From Deltaproteobacteria bacterium (GTDB lineage Bacteria > Myxococcota_A > UBA9160 > UBA6930), in assembly GCA_016875395.1 (NCBI GenBank), contig VGRF01000002.1, positions 207,815-271,814 on the forward strand: DNA of 64,000 nucleotides. Direction: 5' to 3'. A program made the position numbers and the translations under genes. The stretch's first letter is position 1. Every line of letters begins with the position of its first letter. A model generated the notes under the pieces. The model made no database searches. It was not told the origin of the DNA and saw only the letters and a list, made by a program, of their open reading frames with translations. Shown here piece after piece: positions 59,693-64,000 of this stretch.

Positions 59693-60934
59693 TCACCTCT
59701 CCAGCGGCACCTCCGGAGCCACCGCCCACCACATCAGCCCCGACACGAAGTAGAGCGCGGCGACGCTCGCGAGTGGGATGTTCCAGCTGCCGAAGTGCTC
59801 GAGGCAGTAGCCGAACACGACCGGGCTCGTGGCGCCGCCGAGGTTGCCGAACATGTTCATCGCGCCGCTGACGACGCCGCCGTGGCGGCCGCCGATCGCG
59901 AGGCAGGTCGACCATGCGGACGCGATGCCGAGCGCGGCGAAGCCCGCGGCGGCCGTCAGGAACGCGGTCGCAACGCGTGCGCTCGGGGTCTCGATCGCGC
60001 CGAGAATCATCAGCGCGGCGATGGGCAAGCCGACGATCCCCGGCGCGCGCAGGCCGAAGCGGAGCCCGCGGCGGCGCACGAGCGCGTCGGAGACGAGGCC
60101 GCCGAAGAAGCAGCCTGCGGCGATCGCGAGCCACGGCAGCGCCGCGAGCCAGCTCGTCTGCGCGAGGCTGAAGCCGCGCGCCTTCTCGAGGTACTGCGGC
60201 AGCCACGTCATGAAGAAGTACCAGCCGTAGATCGCGCAGAAGTACATCGCGCAGATCACGATCAGGTTGCGGCTGCGCGCGAAGCGCCCCCACGGCACGC
60301 CCGTGTGCGGCTCCTGCGCGGGCGGTCCGATCTCCGCGACCTCGGCTGCGCTGACGTCGCGGTGCTCGCGCGGGTCGTCGCGCATCCACGCGTACCACGC
60401 GAGCGCCCACACGCCGCCTAACAAGCCGAACGCGACGAAGGACTCGCGCCAGGTGAAGCGCCCGAGCATCGCGCCCACGATCGGCTGCGCGATCGCGCTG
60501 CCGAGCGCGCCCGCCGCGACCGTGAGCCCGAACGCGCTCCCGCGCTCGCGCTCGGGCAGCCAGCGCCGGAACGCGCTCGCGAGGGTCGGCAACACGCCAG
60601 CCTCGCCCATCCCGAACAAGAAGCGGATGCCGATCAGCGAGAAGAACCCTCGCGCCGCTGCGGTGGCTGCGGTCCACGCGGACCACCACAGCACGATGCG
60701 CGTCATCATGCGGCGCGAGCCGAAGCGATCCGCGAGCCAGCCGCTCGGCACCTCGAACAGCGCGTAGGCGAGCGTGAACGCGCTGAACGCGTAGCCCATC
60801 TGCGTGGGAGTCAGCGAGAGATCGCGCTGGATCGCCGAGCTCGACAGCGAGATCGCGACGCGGTCGATGTAGGCGAGCGCCATCGTGCCGAGCGCGAAGG
60901 CGAGCATCGTGTAGCGGGTGCGCCAGAAGAGCAT
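59693..60934 (-). CDS. MFS transporter
   Basis: 413 aa, 12 predicted TM helices, GWLADRFGSRR loop motif. Confidence 0.85.
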   Translation of the reverse strand: MLFWRTRYTMLAFALGTMALAYIDRVAISLSSSAIQRDLSLTPTQMGYAFSAFTLAYALFEVPSGWLADRFGSRRMMTRIVLWWSAWTAATAAARGFFSLIGIRFLFGMGEAGVLPTLASAFRRWLPERERGSAFGLTVAAGALGSAIAQPIVGAMLGRFTWRESFVAFGLLGGVWALAWYAWMRDDPREHRDVSAAEVAEIGPPAQEPHTGVPWGRFARSRNLIVICAMYFCAIYGWYFFMTWLPQYLEKARGFSLAQTSWLAALPWLAIAAGCFFGGLVSDALVRRRGLRFGLRAPGIVGLPIAALMILGAIETPSARVATAFLTAAAGFAALGIASAWSTCLAIGGRHGGVVSGAMNMFGNLGGATSPVVFGYCLEHFGSWNIPLASVAALYFVSGLMWWAVAPEVPLER

Positions 60935-60976
60935 GGACGGCGCAGTCTCTCGCGGCGGGAGACGCGTCGCTACGGG

Positions 60977-61333
60977 TTATTGGGGCTTCGCGGTGTCGCA
61001 GCTCCCTCTTCGGAGCGCGCTCACCCGCACGAGGCTCACCGCGCGATCGGCGTCTCGTGCGGCGGGCCAATCAGAGGGGAGCGGCCCCTCGATCGCGGCG
61101 AAATCCAGGAGCAGCGGGCCTTCGTTCTCCGCAAGCCACTTTTCGATTTGCCAATCGAACGTGTAGTTGCTCGAACCCATGCCGATCTGCAACCGCGCAC
61201 CCGTCGAGCAGTCGAGCATCAGCCGGTCCGTGAACTCGCCCCAACGAATCACCTGCGCGGTCCCGCTCGTGCGCAGCGGGGTGACGCAGGCGGCTGCTGC
61301 GACGCAGGCGCTCGCGAGCAGCCACGCCCTCAC
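60977..61333 (-). CDS. lipoprotein of unknown function
   Basis: GTG at 61333 in a GTGA overlap. VRAWLLASACVAAAAC lipobox-like N-terminus. Confidence 0.5.
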   Translation of the reverse strand: MRAWLLASACVAAAACVTPLRTSGTAQVIRWGEFTDRLMLDCSTGARLQIGMGSSNYTFDWQIEKWLAENEGPLLLDFAAIEGPLPSDWPAARDADRAVSLVRVSALRRGSCDTAKPQ

Positions 61334-61554
61334 CCGCGCTCCCACACGAGCTGAAACTCGATCTCCTCCTGCTCGTCGCCGCGCTCGTGCTCGATGTTGA
61401 TCACGGCGTTCGCTGGGATCGCGACGCGCTCGCCGGCGACCTGGATGCGGAAGCGCCCGCCGCTCTCGATCGCGTCGGCGAGGCGCCGCAGCTTCGCGGC
61501 GAACTGCTTCGGCGGATAGTTCTTCTCGATGTCGCGCTTTCGCTTCGCTGCCAT
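61330..61554 (-). CDS. amphi-Trp domain-containing small protein
   Basis: 74 aa. AAKLRRLADAIESGGRFRIQVAGERV ... EIEFQLVWE resembles the amphi-Trp domain pattern (from memory). Confidence 0.55.
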   Translation of the reverse strand: MAAKRKRDIEKNYPPKQFAAKLRRLADAIESGGRFRIQVAGERVAIPANAVINIEHERGDEQEEIEFQLVWERG

Positions 61555-61562
61555 GGCGGCTC

Positions 61563-62033
61563 CTACTTCGCTGCTTTCCAGTGATCACTCATCAGCTCGC
61601 TCGCCCACGCGGGCTGGCGGACTTCCTCGCGCGGCAAGAACTCGCGCATCACCGGCTTGATGTCCACCACCGGCGTGCCCTCGACCGCGTCGAGCTCGCG
61701 CACGAACAACGTGCGGCCTTCGCGGCGCGCGACGCGGCAGATCGTCGAGCCGAGTCGGTTCACGCGGTTCTTCGCGCGCTGCGCGAGGATGCCCGTCACC
61801 GGCCAGGCCGTGTTGTTCCGCGGATGCCGCGCGCCGCGCACGATCTTCGCGTCCGGAACGCGATCGAACACGAACAGCACTTCGACATGGGAGAACTGCT
61901 CGATGCCGTCGAGCGCGCTCTCCTCCACGGCGTCCGTGAGCACGAGGCGCGACACCGCGCCGCCCCAGTAGTCATCCTCGACGTCACTGCGCGCATCACG
62001 TACGAACGCGATCGGCGTGAGCTCGAGCTTCAC
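61563..62033 (-). CDS. TsaA/TrmO-like SAM-dependent tRNA methyltransferase
   Basis: 156 aa. FSHVEVLFVF, RSPHR-type RHPRNN, LFVRELDAVEGTPVVDIKP pattern. Confidence 0.75.
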   Translation of the reverse strand: MKLELTPIAFVRDARSDVEDDYWGGAVSRLVLTDAVEESALDGIEQFSHVEVLFVFDRVPDAKIVRGARHPRNNTAWPVTGILAQRAKNRVNRLGSTICRVARREGRTLFVRELDAVEGTPVVDIKPVMREFLPREEVRQPAWASELMSDHWKAAK

Positions 62034-62076
62034 GTGACCTCCTCGGGTGATGCGCCGACTCTCAGCGATGCGCTCG

Positions 62077-62517
62077 TTACCGCAATCTTCTCTGCCGGAT
62101 CAGTGTGAGCGCGGCGCGCGTGATCTGCGTCCGGAACGCGACGGCGATCGCGCTCGCGCACGAGCCTAGAACGAACGCAGCGTCCCAGGTGCTCGCCCGG
62201 AACCCACCGACAGCGAGCCCGGTTGAGTAAGCCACTAGCAACGCGAGGAGGGGCGCGGCACCGACGACCCTCAGCCAGAAAGGTCGCTCGATACACGTGA
62301 GGATCAGAAACGATCCGATCGCTGCCGCGGCTCCATTGGCCAGATCTTCAGAGGTTCCAGTCGAGAGGGGTGTCGTCCAGCCTCGGACAGCGATCACGAT
62401 CCATCTTCCGGCGAAGAACCCGACAAGCACCCGCAGCGGAATCCATCGCGCCACCTTCGATGGATCGCCGCCCTCATTCGAGAGCTCCGACTCCGGCGGG
62501 CGATAGCGCTCATCCAC
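62077..62517 (-). CDS. small membrane protein of unknown function
   Basis: GTG at 62517 abuts the upstream TAG. Three to four hydrophobic helices. Lower GC and rare codons (AGA AGA TTG ... TAA). Confidence 0.45.
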   Translation of the reverse strand: MDERYRPPESELSNEGGDPSKVARWIPLRVLVGFFAGRWIVIAVRGWTTPLSTGTSEDLANGAAAAIGSFLILTCIERPFWLRVVGAAPLLALLVAYSTGLAVGGFRASTWDAAFVLGSCASAIAVAFRTQITRAALTLIRQRRLR

Positions 62518-63275
62518 TACGCGAAGTACTTCGCAAACGCCGCGCGCAGGTCGCGCGGCCCTGCTTCGAGCGGCTCGCCGTGCGCGACGACGATGCGCGC
62601 GAAATCCCACGCGCACACGCGTTCGATCCACGCCTGCACGGCGGCGCGGTTGTAGAGCAGGAACCAGTGTGCGGTCTTCGTCGGGCCGAAGCGCCCGAGC
62701 GCGCCGTAGCCGCCCCACACCACGCGGTCGATCCAGCGCTCGACGTGGCGCACGTTGAACGAGCTGTCGACGAGCGCGAGCGTGCGCGAGGCGGCGTGGA
62801 AGAACGCGACCTCGGCGGTGCCGCGGCCGCCGGCGAGGACGCGATGCGCGAAGGTGCTCGCGAACGGCGTCGCGTCCTCGTCCACGAGCTCGCGGCCCGC
62901 AGGCACTGCGTCCCTGACGCGCGCGCGCAGGCCCGGTGCGAGCCACACCTCGGCGCTCGGGAACGCGCGCTGCCACTCGGCGAGGCCGAGGTAGTGGAAC
63001 GAGTTCGGCGCGACGAGAAAGCGCGCACCGCCGCGCGCCTCGACGAAGGCGCGCAATTCGGCGCCGAGCGGAACGGGCGCCCACGCGAGCACGCCGCCAC
63101 CCGGCAGGTCGACGAGCAGCGCGCGCGTCCCGAGCCGCGGACCCATGCCGATGCCGAGCATGCGATCCACGGACCACAGCCCCGGCGCGAGCTCGTGCGG
63201 CGCGGGCTCGCCGGGCAGCCACGTCGGCGAGCTGAGCGCGACGATGCGTTCGAGAAGGCTCCGCTCACTCGCCAC
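62517..63275 (-). CDS. DUF4336-like (MBL-related) protein
   Basis: 252 aa; FLVAPNSFHYLGLAEWQRAFPSAEVWLAPGL pattern recalled for DUF4336. Confidence 0.65.
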   Translation of the reverse strand: MASERSLLERIVALSSPTWLPGEPAPHELAPGLWSVDRMLGIGMGPRLGTRALLVDLPGGGVLAWAPVPLGAELRAFVEARGGARFLVAPNSFHYLGLAEWQRAFPSAEVWLAPGLRARVRDAVPAGRELVDEDATPFASTFAHRVLAGGRGTAEVAFFHAASRTLALVDSSFNVRHVERWIDRVVWGGYGALGRFGPTKTAHWFLLYNRAAVQAWIERVCAWDFARIVVAHGEPLEAGPRDLRAAFAKYFA

Positions 63276-63660
63276 GAGGCTCGAGCCGGTAGATGAAGCG
63301 CGTGGGATCGAAGCCCGCGAGCTCGCCGGGTCTTCCGGCCAGCACGGCCGTCGCGAGGTAGATCTTCTCGCCGAAGCGCACGCGCACGCGCGGGTCCTCG
63401 CGGATGTGATCGAGCCAGCGGCGCCCTTCCGCGGGGTCGATGTAGAGCGCGCCGTCTTTCACGACGTAGTTGAGCTCTACGGAGTATGGGTCGCTCGGGC
63501 GCGTCTCGAGGTCGACGAATTCGTCGGTCGCGAACGACCAGTCCGCGACGGGCTCGGTGACGACTTCGCCTGATAACTCGCCGCCTGGAAAGACGAGGAA
63601 GGGTCCGCCGCAGCCGAGCGCAGCGGCGAGAACGAACGAGCATGCGAACGAGCGTCTCAT
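63265..63660 (-). CDS. lipoprotein of unknown function
   Basis: 131 aa; MRRSFACSFVLAAALGC lipobox. Confidence 0.55.
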   Translation of the reverse strand: MRRSFACSFVLAAALGCGGPFLVFPGGELSGEVVTEPVADWSFATDEFVDLETRPSDPYSVELNYVVKDGALYIDPAEGRRWLDHIREDPRVRVRFGEKIYLATAVLAGRPGELAGFDPTRFIYRLEPRGE

Positions 63661-63712
63661 GCTGGCCTCGGGGCGCCGCCAGGAGGTAGCGCGTGCCGCA
63701 TTCGGCGCGCGG

Positions 63713-64000
63713 CTACTCGAGAATCCCCGCGACCCGTGCTCTCACGAGCGCCTCGATCGCGTCCACGCGGCGGATGTCTTCGCGCAGCTCCGCGGCGAAC
63801 GCGCGGCGCTGCTCGTGCAGCGCTTCGTCCGTGCCGTCCACGAGGCCGCGGTGGCGCGCGAGCTTCAGCGCCGTCGCGAACAGCGCGATCGACACGCTCT
63901 CCTGCCGCGCAACGCGACCCTGCAGCGCGTACTGCTTGCCGAGCGCGAGGCAGCTCCGCAGGAACGCGCTCTCTTCGATCTTCGCGCCGGGCGCTCGCTC
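63713..64000 (-). CDS. C-terminal fragment of an unidentified protein (5' end outside window)
   Basis: The frame stays open to the window edge (..EESAFLRSCLALGKQYALQGRVARQESVSIALFATALKLARHRGLV..) and ends at a TAG, seen as cta at 63713-63715 on the + strand. Confidence 0.4.
   Translation of the reverse strand, partial: ERAPGAKIEESAFLRSCLALGKQYALQGRVARQESVSIALFATALKLARHRGLVDGTDEALHEQRRAFAAELREDIRRVDAIEALVRARVAGILE

Overview
High-GC (roughly 70% G+C by eye) bacterial chromosomal segment with about 60 tightly packed protein genes. Many are translationally coupled through GTGA/ATGA start-stop overlaps. I found no rRNA, tRNA, CRISPR array, transposase or integrase. The taxon cannot be fixed from sequence alone; lipobox lipoproteins, Tat signals, a sigma-54 activator and a giant TPR Ser/Thr kinase suggest a Gram-negative, Myxococcota-like organism. 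Most content is housekeeping or metabolic: frdABCD fumarate reductase, a class III CoA-transferase, an envelope glycosylation operon, a PQQ dehydrogenase, P450, BolA, PabB, an SBP56/methanethiol-oxidase-like gene with SCO1, Fpg/Nei, sucA, nfi, pcm, a Fur-peroxidase-phosphoesterase-cytochrome operon, RluA, hydrolases, a molybdopterin oxidoreductase, pepN, eutBC, hicAB and an MFS transporter. Main observations: (1) two short AT-rich DNA words, TTGTTA(G/C)G and GTTATCAGG, occur far more often than base composition predicts and sit inside genes in all frames and both orientations, forcing rare codons; (2) a 334-aa LAGLIDADG intein splits the CxxxCxxC motif of a radical SAM protein; (3) two families of intergenic repeats, a 3+3 inverted array of a 24-bp unit upstream of fpg with a seventh copy upstream of a DHH phosphoesterase, and a covarying hairpin carrying the palindrome GCGTCWGACGC at three loci; (4) a four-gene coupled cluster of M14 peptidase, inactive-transglutaminase 7TM protein, RimK-like ATP-grasp ligase and HExxH protease, of unknown function; (5) four disrupted genes, three by indels in simple repeats and one by an in-frame TAG, which could be assembly errors or real pseudogenes. 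All counts were made by eye and all family assignments come from recognised motifs, not database searches.
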